Below, one piece after another: positions 17,217 to 26,822 of a stretch of 64,000 bases of DNA. Made by a program: the position numbers and the translations under genes. The stretch's first letter is position 1. The number at the start of each line of letters is the position of its first letter. Under the pieces are notes generated by a model that saw only the letters and a program-made list of their open reading frames with translations, was not told the origin of the DNA and searched no databases. Source of the stretch: Candidatus Ratteibacteria bacterium (GTDB lineage: Bacteria > Ratteibacteria > UBA8468 > B48-G9 > DTJG01); NCBI GenBank assembly GCA_049971295.1, contig JBMFLH010000002.1, forward strand, positions 15,240-79,239, written 5' to 3'.

Positions 17217-18169
17217 TACTGAAAATGAAACGGTTGATAAGCATTTTCATTAAAGTATTCGTGAGTGGTTTTTTTATATTCCTTATTACCAGAAAAATTG
17301 ATATTTCACAGATGCTTGAAATTTTGCGAAATGTGAATATCCCATTTTTCATAATCATCATTCTGATTAATTATGCGGTGACTTTTTTTATGGCTCTTAG
17401 ATGGTACTTTATTCTGGATGAGTTCAGAAAAAAAATGCCGTTTGTTAAAGTGTGGCAATTATCTCTTATCGGAATGTATTTTAATATTATTTTACCAACT
17501 GGAGCAGGTGGAGATGCCGTCAAAATTTTTTATATTACCAGAAATCAGGAAGAAAAATTGAAACTTGGTACATCTGTCATTTTTGACCGATTTATTGGCT
17601 CGTCGTCTATAATTTTTATGGCGATACTCAGTTTGTTATATTATCAAGGGCACCTGCCTCAAAAATTGAAAATTACCCTTGTATTTCTTTTTATTCTTGC
17701 GTTGTTTATATGGCTTTTGATCGTATGGGATAAACTTGCAATTTTGACGGGCAAGATTTTTCCTCGCAGAATCAGAGAAAAATTAAAGGCATTTTATAAT
17801 CATCTCAGGGATTATGGGATTAATCGCAGGGTTTTTACCAGCGCTTTTCTGGCAAGCATGGCTGTCCAGGTACTTTCTATCTATGTTCAGTATTTATGTG
17901 TAATGCTCATTTCTCACGTGGATAAATCACCTGTTCCTTTTCCTTTGTTCTTTATATTCATTCCTATTATATGGCTTTCAGCGATGGTTCCTTCACTCGG
18001 CGGCCTTGGAATAAGGGAATATGGGTATCTCTTTTTCTTTAAAGTTTATATCGGGCAGGAAGCAGCAATTGCAATGGCGCTGATTAATCTGTTTCTGATC
18101 TTTTCTCAGGCATTTCTCGGGGGATTGATTTTTTTGTTTCTTCGTCCAGGTCGCCAAGATCACAAATAA
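17213..18169 (+). CDS. Integral membrane protein of the flippase-like / lysylphosphatidylglycerol-synthase TM-domain family (UPF0104)
   Basis: Multi-pass hydrophobic profile with PTGAGGDAVKIFYI and LGGLGIREYGYLFFF motifs. Confidence 0.5.
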   Translation: MILKMKRLISIFIKVFVSGFFIFLITRKIDISQMLEILRNVNIPFFIIIILINYAVTFFMALRWYFILDEFRKKMPFVKVWQLSLIGMYFNIILPTGAGGDAVKIFYITRNQEEKLKLGTSVIFDRFIGSSSIIFMAILSLLYYQGHLPQKLKITLVFLFILALFIWLLIVWDKLAILTGKIFPRRIREKLKAFYNHLRDYGINRRVFTSAFLASMAVQVLSIYVQYLCVMLISHVDKSPVPFPLFFIFIPIIWLSAMVPSLGGLGIREYGYLFFFKVYIGQEAAIAMALINLFLIFSQAFLGGLIFLFLRPGRQDHK

Positions 18170-19102
18170 ATGTTTTTCCCAGAATTTTGTTTACTTCATC
18201 AGGACATGGAAAATCTGTAAACGATCTTGCTGCTTTTGCTGTTGCTGATGCAACCGCAAATCTTAAGGATTCTTTGAAATTACCTGTTTTTGAAAAATAC
18301 AAAACGAATCCAGCAAGAAGTACATCACCGCATCCCACAGAGCCAGGGTTATTGACGATAGGTCCTTTTGCGTAGAAAAAACCATCTTTTGAAAATCCAA
18401 TAGCTCCTTTGTTTCCCATTGTGACGATAATAAATGAAATCCCTGATTTTAGCAACTTTTCCCCTATTTGACATAAATGTTCAAAATTTAGAATTTGTTT
18501 TGATATCAGTCGTTCAAGTTCCCAGATATTGGGCTTTATTAAATCAGGTTTTTCGCCGACGCCATAACGAAGAAATTCTCCATCTGTGTCAAGCCCAATA
18601 AACGTATTTTTTCCTCTTCGACGGATTTCTCTTATTATTCTAGCATATAAATTTTCAGGCATTCCGGGAGGTAAACTACCAGAAATAAGAATCCATTTTG
18701 CACTGTTAAAATCGATGCTGAATATTAATTCAAGTATTTTTTCCAAGGACTGTTCTTTTACGATGGGACCAGGTTCATTGAATCGTAAAACTGTACCGTT
18801 TTCAAAAAAAAATTGTAGTTTTCTCTGGTTTCTCCGTCTATATCAATTATAAAGTCAGTAGAAATGCGTGAGTTCTTTAGTAGATTCTTGAAGCGGATTC
18901 CATTAAAACCCCCTGCAATGCCAATTGATTGTACACTTACATTAAACTGGCCAAGAAATTTTGCAATATTAATCGCCTTACCACCGGCAGACACAACCTT
19001 TTTACTGATTCTATTAATATCGTCTGATTTGAATTCCTTAACATAACAATTAACGTCAAGACAAGGATTCAAACCAATTGTAATAACATGATTGTGTTGC
19101 AT
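18084..19102 (-). pseudogene. PfkB-family sugar kinase (1-phosphofructokinase/tagatose-6-P kinase-like), reading frame interrupted at a homopolymer
   Basis: The N-terminal 114-aa ORF (18758..19102: ITIGLNPCLDVN, SAGGKAINIA) and the C-terminal ORF (18084..18746: GNKGAIGF, VGCGDVLLAGF GAGD-type motif) lie in different frames. The frames switch at the A9 run at 18804-18812. Splicing the two gives a continuous PfkB sequence ...GETRENYNFF(F)ENGTVLRFNEPGPIVKEQSLEKILEL... Confidence 0.6.
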
Positions 19103-19111
19103 AGAACTTTT

Positions 19112-19279
19112 TTACACAGATTGAGTTCGGTATTTTTTAATTTTTTTGCGACGTCTCAACTGGCTGGGTTTTTCATAGAACTCACGTTTTTTGATTTCCC
19201 TGATGATTCCTTCTTTTTCAACCTCGCGTTTAAATTGTTTGAAAATTTTTTCAAAGTGTTCGTGGTGTTGTCTTTCCAC
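19112..19279 (-). CDS. rpsU: 30S ribosomal protein S21
   Basis: [39 protein letters not shown] matches the S21 core (ALRRFKR...REFYEKPS). This ORF is not in the six-frame track. The only canonical start after the upstream TAG is GTG at 19279, and the conserved N-terminal residues (DSISV) lie upstream of that GTG. Confidence 0.75.
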   Translation of the reverse strand: MERQHHEHFEKIFKQFKREVEKEGIIREIKKREFYEKPSQLRRRKKIKKYRTQSV

Positions 19280-19300
19280 AGAGATACTGTCACCCCCTCC

Positions 19301-19465
19301 CTAATACCTGTCTATTTCAAACAGACGGGCACCGCAATGTTTGCATTTCTTTTCGTGGGGATAATATCCATCAACGATAAAACAAACTCTGCAGCGAATG
19401 TTAACTCTTTCGACAAACAACTGAGTTGTTTTTGCTTCTGTTCTGGATTTTTCTTTTTCGCTCAT
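19301..19465 (-). CDS. 54-aa zinc-ribbon protein (CxxC...CxxC) in frame with, and immediately upstream of, rpsU
   Basis: Sequence MSEKEKSRTEAKTTQLFVERVNIRCRVCFIVDGYYPHEKKCKHCGARLFEIDRY ending in TAG at 19303..19301. It is in the same frame as S21 and followed by a GGGDS linker-like peptide. Not in the six-frame track. Confidence 0.45.
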   Translation of the reverse strand: MSEKEKSRTEAKTTQLFVERVNIRCRVCFIVDGYYPHEKKCKHCGARLFEIDRY

Positions 19466-19479
19466 CTGTTACCCATTGT

Positions 19480-20298
19480 TTAAAGTCTTATTATAATGCT
19501 TTCAAAAAGATCTGTCAAGAAAGGTTCTGCGGCTTCAGCTGTTGCCAGGATTTCTTCAAATGTTGTGACCTTTAAGGCATCAGGCAGGCACATATCACTG
19601 ATTACAGAGGCACCGAAAACTTTTAAACCCGCATGCACTGCTGCAATCACTTCAATTACTGTAGACATGCAAACCATATCTGCGCCGATTGCCCTAAGGA
19701 ATCTGTATTCTGCTTTTGTTTCAAGATTTGGGCCGGTTAATCCTACAAGAACGCCCTTTTTGACTGGAATTTTTTTCTCAAGGGCGATATTTTCGGCAAG
19801 TTCAATAATTTCAATATCATACACATTTGACATATCAGGAAATCTTACACCAATTTCTTCATAATTGGGTCCTATCAATGGATTATGCCCGGTAAGATTA
19901 ATATGGTCAGTAATAATCACAATGTTTCCGGGTTTAAACATGGGGTTCATGCCGCCTGCGGCATTGGATTCAAGAAGAATTTTAACTCCAAGAAACTTTA
20001 AAACTCTGATGGGAAGAGCGATTTCCTGTGCTGTATAGCCTTCATAAAGGTGAAATCTCCCCTGGAAGGCAACAATGCTTTTATTTCCGATTGCTCCAAA
20101 GATGAGATTCCCTGCATGACCTTCAACAGTAGAAACAGGAAAATTGGGGATAGAATCGTATGGAACGATTTTCTCTATGTTGATTCTATTTGTGAATTTA
20201 CCAAGTCCTGATCCAAGAATAATCCCTATTTCTGGCTTTGTCTGTGTGATTGTTTTCAGAAATGCGACAGTTTCTTTAATCCTGGATAGTTCATTCAT
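19480..20298 (-). CDS. Purine nucleoside phosphorylase / 5'-methylthioadenosine phosphorylase family (PNP family 2)
   Basis: GRFHLYEGY, GGMNP and phosphate-binding motifs, with an AGGAGGGA RBS. Confidence 0.8.
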   Translation of the reverse strand: MNELSRIKETVAFLKTITQTKPEIGIILGSGLGKFTNRINIEKIVPYDSIPNFPVSTVEGHAGNLIFGAIGNKSIVAFQGRFHLYEGYTAQEIALPIRVLKFLGVKILLESNAAGGMNPMFKPGNIVIITDHINLTGHNPLIGPNYEEIGVRFPDMSNVYDIEIIELAENIALEKKIPVKKGVLVGLTGPNLETKAEYRFLRAIGADMVCMSTVIEVIAAVHAGLKVFGASVISDMCLPDALKVTTFEEILATAEAAEPFLTDLFESIIIRL

Positions 20299-20316
20299 AT
20301 TCCCTCCTGATATGTG

Positions 20317-21123
20317 TTATTTTGACAACTCGATTGCTCTTTTTTCAGCTGCTTCAAAAGCCGCTTCCAGAGTTTTATCAAGACGATTTTCCGTTAATTT
20401 GGCAATTCCCGATATGGTTGTCCCTGCTGGAGAACACACTCGTTCCTTTAGAACCGATGGTTTTTCCTTAGATTTTGAAAGCATCGTTCCTGTACCTTCA
20501 AAAAGGGTGGCAACAACATTTCTTGAAATGTCTTCAGGAAGATTTTTCTTTATTAGAAATTCGTATATCAGTTCAGCAACATAAAAGAGAAATCCCGGTC
20601 CGCTACCAGCAACTGCCGTTACAAGAAACATTTCATTTTCCCTGACAGGAAAACAAAATGAAATTTTTGAAAAAATCTCCACAACTTCTTTTATGACGAA
20701 ATCCGGTGCATTTTCAAAACAGTAGCCAATAATTCCTTTTCCATATTCAACTGCAAGATTTGGCATCATTCTAAAAATGGGTATCTTTTTCCCAAGACTT
20801 TTATACAATGACTCTATTGTGATACCTGCAGCAACGCTTATGAGCACTGAAGAATCATCGAGAAATGGAGAAATACTGAGGCATAATTCAGAAATGTCTT
20901 TTGGTTTGACAGCAATTATGATAAACCGCGATTCTTTCACAAGGGTATCGGACGGCAGAGTCTGAATATGCAGTTGCTCCTGACATCTATTTGTTTTTGA
21001 TACATCTATATCGTGAGCACAGATCAATGCAGCAGGAATATTTCCATACTTTATTAGCCCGTTGATAAGCGCATAACCAATATTACCACATCCAATGATT
21101 CCAAAAGTATATTTTTTGCACAT
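20317..21123 (-). CDS. proC: Pyrroline-5-carboxylate reductase
   Basis: N-terminal GIIGCGNIG Rossmann motif and a C-terminal P5CR dimerization domain ([10 protein letters not shown]). Start at the ATG at 21123; the track M at 21126 is a TTG. Confidence 0.8.
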   Translation of the reverse strand: MCKKYTFGIIGCGNIGYALINGLIKYGNIPAALICAHDIDVSKTNRCQEQLHIQTLPSDTLVKESRFIIIAVKPKDISELCLSISPFLDDSSVLISVAAGITIESLYKSLGKKIPIFRMMPNLAVEYGKGIIGYCFENAPDFVIKEVVEIFSKISFCFPVRENEMFLVTAVAGSGPGFLFYVAELIYEFLIKKNLPEDISRNVVATLFEGTGTMLSKSKEKPSVLKERVCSPAGTTISGIAKLTENRLDKTLEAAFEAAEKRAIELSK

Positions 21124-21863
21124 CAACCTGCTTCCTCACCCTCCACTTCTCCCACTTTAATTTGCAGGTTCTCTCGGTCTTCAATTCTTTCAATCATGCC
21201 ATCTCTAATCCATATCACTCGATCCGACACATCAAGCATTTTCAAATCATGTGTTGCTGTGATAATACTTACTTCTTTATTTTTGTTCATTTCCTTCAAA
21301 AGGTGGATAATTTCCTTACCTGTTTTCAGGTCAAGATTGCCTGTTGGTTCATCAGCGAGAATAATTGCTGGATCATTCGCAAGCGCTCTCGCGATTGCCA
21401 CACGTTGCTGCTGTCCACCTGACAATTCAAATGGCTTGTGATGCAATCGTGCGCCAAGCCCAACTGTTTCAAGTAAGCCCTTTGCTTTGTTCATTGCTTC
21501 ATCATTTTCCATTCCACCAAAAATCATTGGAAGCATCACATTTTCGAGAGCTGTCATGACCGGTATCAAATTAAATGTTTGAAAAATGTACCCAATTTTT
21601 CTGCATCTTAACCATGCCAGTTCATACGCGTCCAGTTGGGCGATATCAACCTCATCAATATAAACCTTTCCTTCTGTTGGCTTATCAAGACCACCTATCA
21701 TGTTGAATAGTGTTGTTTTTCCGCTTCCAGAAGGTCCCATGATTGATATGTATTCGCCTCTATAAATTTCAATGTCAATACCCTTCAAAACATGGAGCGG
21801 AATTTTCCCGAGTAAAAATGTCTTTTTCAATCCTATCGTCCTCACAATTGCTTCTTTTGGCAT
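21123..21863 (-). CDS. ABC transporter ATP-binding protein (LolD/MacB/FtsE-type ATPase)
   Basis: Walker [11 protein letters not shown], signature [15 protein letters not shown], Walker [12 protein letters not shown]. Start at MPKEAIV (21863) after an AAAGGAG RBS. The upstream extension in the track overlaps the permease. Confidence 0.85.
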   Translation of the reverse strand: MPKEAIVRTIGLKKTFLLGKIPLHVLKGIDIEIYRGEYISIMGPSGSGKTTLFNMIGGLDKPTEGKVYIDEVDIAQLDAYELAWLRCRKIGYIFQTFNLIPVMTALENVMLPMIFGGMENDEAMNKAKGLLETVGLGARLHHKPFELSGGQQQRVAIARALANDPAIILADEPTGNLDLKTGKEIIHLLKEMNKNKEVSIITATHDLKMLDVSDRVIWIRDGMIERIEDRENLQIKVGEVEGEEAG

Positions 21864-21876
21864 AGTAGTCTCCTTT

Positions 21877-22530
21877 TTAAACCTCCCTGCGGATTGCTTC
21901 AGCTGGTTCCATTTTTGCCGAAACATAGGCAGGGTAGATGGCTCCAATAACAGATATCGCAATCCCCAGAATGATACTGAAGACAGAATATTTTAGCAAT
22001 AAGCCAGCAGGGAATATACTCCATATCAGTCCTTTATATCTTAAAATATACATGATGAATGTGGCAGTACCACCAAATATCACTCCTATTATTGAACCTA
22101 CCAATCCCTGCATTGATGACTCAAGAAGAAAAAGTTCGACGATAAATTTATCCAGGGCACCAAGACACTTCATTGTTCCAATTTCTTTGGACCTTTCAGT
22201 TACAGCCATGAGCATTGCATTAACAATCCCAACGACACAGACGAGCAGTGAAAGAGAAACCAACCATATCTGACGAGTTCTCATTTCTTCCAGATTCTGC
22301 TGAAGAGCGATTTTTATATTTTCTGGTCCTTTTTCCAGAATTCCTGTTACAAATGCATTACTACTCAATATGGACATCAGAAATGCTATACCGAGCACAA
22401 TGGACATTGTCACTATGATGGACCTGCCAAATCTGATTCTTATGCTACGAATACTCATATGAAACGCATGGCTGAGTGGTAATGTAAGCTGTCTATGAAT
22501 TTTTTTTGTTTCCGGGACCTCTGTTGCCAT
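21877..22530 (-). CDS. Minimal FtsX-like ABC transporter permease (217 aa, lacking the large periplasmic domain)
   Basis: Four predicted TM segments with the FtsX-like C-terminal motif region. AGGAGAGA RBS, directly upstream of the ATPase gene. Confidence 0.55.
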   Translation of the reverse strand: MATEVPETKKIHRQLTLPLSHAFHMSIRSIRIRFGRSIIVTMSIVLGIAFLMSILSSNAFVTGILEKGPENIKIALQQNLEEMRTRQIWLVSLSLLVCVVGIVNAMLMAVTERSKEIGTMKCLGALDKFIVELFLLESSMQGLVGSIIGVIFGGTATFIMYILRYKGLIWSIFPAGLLLKYSVFSIILGIAISVIGAIYPAYVSAKMEPAEAIRREV

Positions 22531-22566
22531 TTTCTCTCCTTTTTATTAATTTTAACTTAATTTATT

Positions 22567-23475
22567 TTATTCGTAAAGAAAACACATCACAAGATGGTCA
22601 TTTTCTTTCTCTTTTAATTCAGGAGATTGATGAAAACATTTTTCCATCCTGAATATACATCTATGAAGGAAGGGACATCCATAGTCGTACTTCTGTTCTT
22701 CCTCAACAATTTTTGCAGATTCTGGATTCCACAGTAATTGCGTGTATGGATGGAGTGGATTATTTACTATCTGTTCTACCGAACCCTGTTCGACGATGTG
22801 GCCCCTGTACATCACCACAATCCTATCACAAAATTCTGCTATAACCTTAAGATTATGTGAAATTAAAACATAGGTGATGCCAAAACTTTTTTTTAATTCC
22901 TCAAGTAATGTCAGAATATGAATTTCAGTCATTGCATCAAGACTCCCTGTTGGTTCATCGGCAATGATACATTCAGGATTTCCTACCAGCGCCCTTGCAA
23001 TTGCTAACCTTTGTCTCTCTCCCCCACTCATCTGATGAGGATATTTATCTTTGTATTCAGGTGATAGTCCAACATGCGAAAGTATGTCATCAACTTTTCC
23101 AGGAATTTTTGTTTCAGTCAGCATGGCTTCTTTTATCACCCTTTCAACAGTTGACCGTGGATTCAAAGATTTGTACGGGTTCTGAAAAATTATTCTTACA
23201 CGATTTCTGAAAAAGCGAAGTTTTCTATCAGGCAATTTTGTGATTTCATTGCCTCTATAATAAATAAGGCCTGAGTCAGGTTTGACCAGCAGTGTCAGTG
23301 TTTTTGCCAGTGTTGTTTTCCCTGATCCTGATTCTCCAACGATACCAATATTTACATTGTGATTTATAATCAGAGAGATGTGATTGATAGCCGTAAGTTT
23401 TCTCTTGTTTATACCAAGAGAGTCCTTGATTATAAAATTTTTACTGATTTTTTCACACCTGAGAATTTCTTCCAT
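22567..23475 (-). CDS. oppF: Oligopeptide/dipeptide ABC transporter ATP-binding protein
   Basis: Walker [18 protein letters not shown], and the C-terminal oligopeptide_F extension (HPYT). Confidence 0.8.
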   Translation of the reverse strand: MEEILRCEKISKNFIIKDSLGINKRKLTAINHISLIINHNVNIGIVGESGSGKTTLAKTLTLLVKPDSGLIYYRGNEITKLPDRKLRFFRNRVRIIFQNPYKSLNPRSTVERVIKEAMLTETKIPGKVDDILSHVGLSPEYKDKYPHQMSGGERQRLAIARALVGNPECIIADEPTGSLDAMTEIHILTLLEELKKSFGITYVLISHNLKVIAEFCDRIVVMYRGHIVEQGSVEQIVNNPLHPYTQLLWNPESAKIVEEEQKYDYGCPFLHRCIFRMEKCFHQSPELKEKENDHLVMCFLYE

Positions 23476-24376
23476 GTTTTATACACCTGATTCCTGTCAT
23501 ATCTTGACACCAGGTAAAAACAATCTTCTTTTGACATTCAGTGCCTCTTTCAGGACATTTTTCAAAAAACGGACACATATCAGATTGTCGGGATAATGCT
23601 GTTTCAGATATCTTAGGACATTTGTGTTCAGTCCCCATCAGAATATTGGAATATGGATGAGATGGTCTCGTTTTGCCTGGAATAAAAATTTCCACGATGT
23701 GTCCGTTATACATGATTCCTATACGGGTTCCCACTTTTGTGGCAAGCTTCAGATCATGGGTAATGAAAAGCATACATGGATGATACTTTTTGCGTATGGC
23801 GTCTAAGAGATTGATAATCTGATAAGTTGTTAAAATGTCAAGAGCAGTTGTTGGTTCATCTGCTATGATAAGTGATGGTTTATTGATCAGCGCCATGGCG
23901 ATCATTACCCTTTGTTGCTGTCCACCACTTAACTGGTGAGGGTAATTATGCAATATATAAGGTTCAAGCCCCACCTCTTTTAATGCCTCTATCATTAATG
24001 CTTGTTGTTCTTTTGTTTCTCCATGAAATGCTTCTTTCATATGCACTCCAATTGTAAAGAGTGGGTCAAGGTATGCTCCTGGGTCCTGAAAAATGATACT
24101 CATTTCTCTGCCCCTTATGTTTCTTATTGATTGTTCATCCATTGTCAGAATGTTTTTTCCATTGACGAAAATTTCGCCTGACTTTACCGTGAAGCTTTTT
24201 GGGAGAAGTTTCATTATAGATAGGGCAATGCTTGTTTTACCACAGCCAGATTCGCCAACAAGACAGAACAACTCATCTTTTTTAATAGAGAAATTGATAT
24301 CGTTCAATACTGGTATGAGTTTTTCTTTCTGCTTTCTGACAACCGACAGATTTTTGATTTCAAGAATTTTTTCCAT
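23453..24376 (-). CDS. oppD: Oligopeptide/dipeptide ABC transporter ATP-binding protein
   Basis: Walker [25 protein letters not shown], and a C-terminal OppD-type extension. Confidence 0.8.
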   Translation of the reverse strand: MEKILEIKNLSVVRKQKEKLIPVLNDINFSIKKDELFCLVGESGCGKTSIALSIMKLLPKSFTVKSGEIFVNGKNILTMDEQSIRNIRGREMSIIFQDPGAYLDPLFTIGVHMKEAFHGETKEQQALMIEALKEVGLEPYILHNYPHQLSGGQQQRVMIAMALINKPSLIIADEPTTALDILTTYQIINLLDAIRKKYHPCMLFITHDLKLATKVGTRIGIMYNGHIVEIFIPGKTRPSHPYSNILMGTEHKCPKISETALSRQSDMCPFFEKCPERGTECQKKIVFTWCQDMTGIRCIKHGRNSQV

Positions 24377-24378
24377 CT

Positions 24379-25437
24379 TTACCAGTTTTTTGGGTCAAGA
24401 ACATTCCTGAGAGCATCTCCAAGAAGGTTGAAATTAATTAACACTGCAAATATAAATACTCCAGCAAGTAAAAGCCACGGTGCGTCTCCGACAACTTTCA
24501 GATTTCCGATTGTTGAAGATAGGATATTACCCCAGCTTGGATACGGTTCCTGTATACCAAGACCGAGAAGACTCAATGCAGCCTCTCCGATAATATATCC
24601 TGGTACACTGATGGTTAATGCGGTGATTGTGTAAGAAAAAGTGTTTGGAAATATGTGGAAAAATAAAATTCTCCAGTGGGAAAGACCGAGGGATTTTGCA
24701 GCCAGTACATAGTCTTCTTCTTTGATAGAAAGTACCATGCCCCTGATAATTCTTGCAAGGCCCGCCCAGCCAATCAAACTGAGAATAAATACGATGAGAA
24801 AATACACCTGGATACTTGAAAGATCGAGTGGAAACATTGCCCTGAGAGAAAGCATAAGATAAAAAGAAGGAAAAACCATAAGAATTTCCACAAATCTCAT
24901 GAGAATCTGGTCAATTAATCCACCAAAATAACCTGCAATGCCTCCTGTAATCATACCGAGCGTGAAAGAAATCAATACTCCCACCATACTGATGGATAAA
25001 GAAATTCTTCCTCCGTACAGTAATCTTGAAAATATATCTCTGCCATAGGTATCTGTTCCGAACAGGAAAATACCAGCTGGTTCATCAACTCCAAAAAGAT
25101 ATTTGCTTGTTTTGAAAACGAAAAATATTTTTCTTTCAGGACCATTGACGAAAAATTTGACAGGGTATCTGGTGGATTTATCCTCTCGATATGTTCTGAA
25201 AACAGGGTCATCTATGACCATGTTGTAAACAAATGGTCTGATGTGAAAATGGCCGTTTTCGTCAATAAAATGAATTTTTGTTGGTGGTTGATATGGTTTG
25301 TTTCTGAATTGATGATCAAAGTGATAGGGTGCAAGAACATCCGCAAAAAACGAAATAATGTAAAAGAAAAGAAGAAACCAGAAGCTGAAATACGCCAGTT
25401 TGCTATGGTTTTTTAATCTGTGGAAAAAGCTTTTCAT
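24379..25437 (-). CDS. oppC: Oligopeptide ABC transporter permease
   Basis: BPD_transp_1 permease with an N-terminal OppC-type extension. Confidence 0.8.
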   Translation of the reverse strand: MKSFFHRLKNHSKLAYFSFWFLLFFYIISFFADVLAPYHFDHQFRNKPYQPPTKIHFIDENGHFHIRPFVYNMVIDDPVFRTYREDKSTRYPVKFFVNGPERKIFFVFKTSKYLFGVDEPAGIFLFGTDTYGRDIFSRLLYGGRISLSISMVGVLISFTLGMITGGIAGYFGGLIDQILMRFVEILMVFPSFYLMLSLRAMFPLDLSSIQVYFLIVFILSLIGWAGLARIIRGMVLSIKEEDYVLAAKSLGLSHWRILFFHIFPNTFSYTITALTISVPGYIIGEAALSLLGLGIQEPYPSWGNILSSTIGNLKVVGDAPWLLLAGVFIFAVLINFNLLGDALRNVLDPKNW

Positions 25438-26399
25438 GTTAATCTGATTCTCGGGTCGAAAATGGTTAACAAAATATCGCCAATAAGGTTTCCAATAATC
25501 AAAAGAAATCCGCTGATGACAAGTGCACCCATCACAAGATACAGGTCATGTGAAAGTACTGCTTCAAGTATCAAACTTCCCATTCCTGGCCATCCGCATA
25601 TGATTTCTGTAAGTGCCGCGCCATTAAGGATACTTCCTATTTCCATGCCGAGAATTGTAAACATGGGATTCAGCGCATTTCGTAATGTATGCTTGAATAT
25701 AACAGAACTTGCAGGAAGCCCTCTTGCCCAGGCAGCCAGTATATACGGAGTATTAAATACTTCAACAAAGTTATTCTTCATAAGTCGAAAAAGCCATCCA
25801 ATATTCACAAAACACAATACCAGTCCTGGTACGAGCAGGTGCTTCATGTAATCCTTAAAAATTAAGAAGTGGCTCGCGTTGATATCAAAAATACTTCTCG
25901 TACCTCCAAGGGGTAAAACACCTGTTTTGCTAATGAAATAGACAAAGAGCAATGCGACAAAAAACGATGGCAAAGATATTGAAAGATATGCAAATATGGA
26001 CAGAACTTTGTCGATATTTGACCCTTCCTTATATCCTGCAAAAACTGCCAGTGGAACTGCTATTACCCAGCTGAGAAAGAGAGAAAAGATAGCCAGGCAT
26101 AGCGTGTTTTTCAATCGGAATTTAATTAATGTTGTTACTGGAATGTGATACGCAAAGGAAATCCCGAAATCCATCCTACACATATTTTTCAGCCAGAGTA
26201 AATACTGAACAAGTACCGGTTTGTCAAGTCCGAAGGTGGTTTTCATCATTTCTATTGTTTCGGGAGATATTTCTGGATTCATTTTCATCTGCGCAAAATA
26301 ATCTCCAGGTGAAGATTGTATGATAATGAAGGAAATAAAACTCATTCCTATTAGCATCGGAATCAGTTGAAGCAACCGTTTTAGTATAAATGTTTTCAT
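25434..26399 (-). CDS. oppB: Oligopeptide ABC transporter permease
   Basis: DppB/OppB-type permease with an N-terminal MKTFILKRLLQLIPMLIGMSFISF. Confidence 0.8.
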   Translation of the reverse strand: MKTFILKRLLQLIPMLIGMSFISFIIIQSSPGDYFAQMKMNPEISPETIEMMKTTFGLDKPVLVQYLLWLKNMCRMDFGISFAYHIPVTTLIKFRLKNTLCLAIFSLFLSWVIAVPLAVFAGYKEGSNIDKVLSIFAYLSISLPSFFVALLFVYFISKTGVLPLGGTRSIFDINASHFLIFKDYMKHLLVPGLVLCFVNIGWLFRLMKNNFVEVFNTPYILAAWARGLPASSVIFKHTLRNALNPMFTILGMEIGSILNGAALTEIICGWPGMGSLILEAVLSHDLYLVMGALVISGFLLIIGNLIGDILLTIFDPRIRLT

Positions 26400-26809
26400 G
26401 GAAGTACAACAGTGATTTTTCTGCGTTTCAAATTGATAAAATTCATGATCACTTTTAATGCATTTTCTGGGATTTTTTCAAAAGCGGATTCTGGCCATTC
26501 AATAAGCAGCAATCCCTTTTCATATTCTTTGAATCCAAAGCTTTCAAGCTCGATAGGGCTTTTTATTCTGTAAAAATCGCAGTGAAACACTGGGAATTCA
26601 CCTTCTGTGTATTCACATACCAGAGTGAACGATGGACTGACAACGTGATTTTTACCTGTAATTTTTTTTATAATACCTCTAATAATTGTTGTCTTTCCTG
26701 AGCCAAAAGGACCTGTAAAAACTGCACAACGAATGCCATATTTTTTTATCATATCTGCAATTTTGAAACCCAGTTTTTCTGTTTCTTCTGGAGAGGTTGT
26801 TTCAAACAT
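26396..26809 (-). CDS. tsaE: tRNA threonylcarbamoyladenosine biosynthesis ATPase TsaE
   Basis: N-terminal SPEETEKLG motif and P-loop GPFGSGKTT. Start placed at the internal ATG (MFETTSPEE), which avoids overlap with thiL. The track ORF extends to 26872. Confidence 0.65.
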   Translation of the reverse strand: MFETTSPEETEKLGFKIADMIKKYGIRCAVFTGPFGSGKTTIIRGIIKKITGKNHVVSPSFTLVCEYTEGEFPVFHCDFYRIKSPIELESFGFKEYEKGLLLIEWPESAFEKIPENALKVIMNFINLKRRKITVVLP

Positions 26810-26822
26810 AAAAATCTTGCTA

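Noticed and set aside
19088-19483. Plus-strand 131-aa ORF
   Set aside because: It lies antisense to the recognisable rpsU gene and the zinc-ribbon ORF, and has F-rich low-complexity composition. Spurious.
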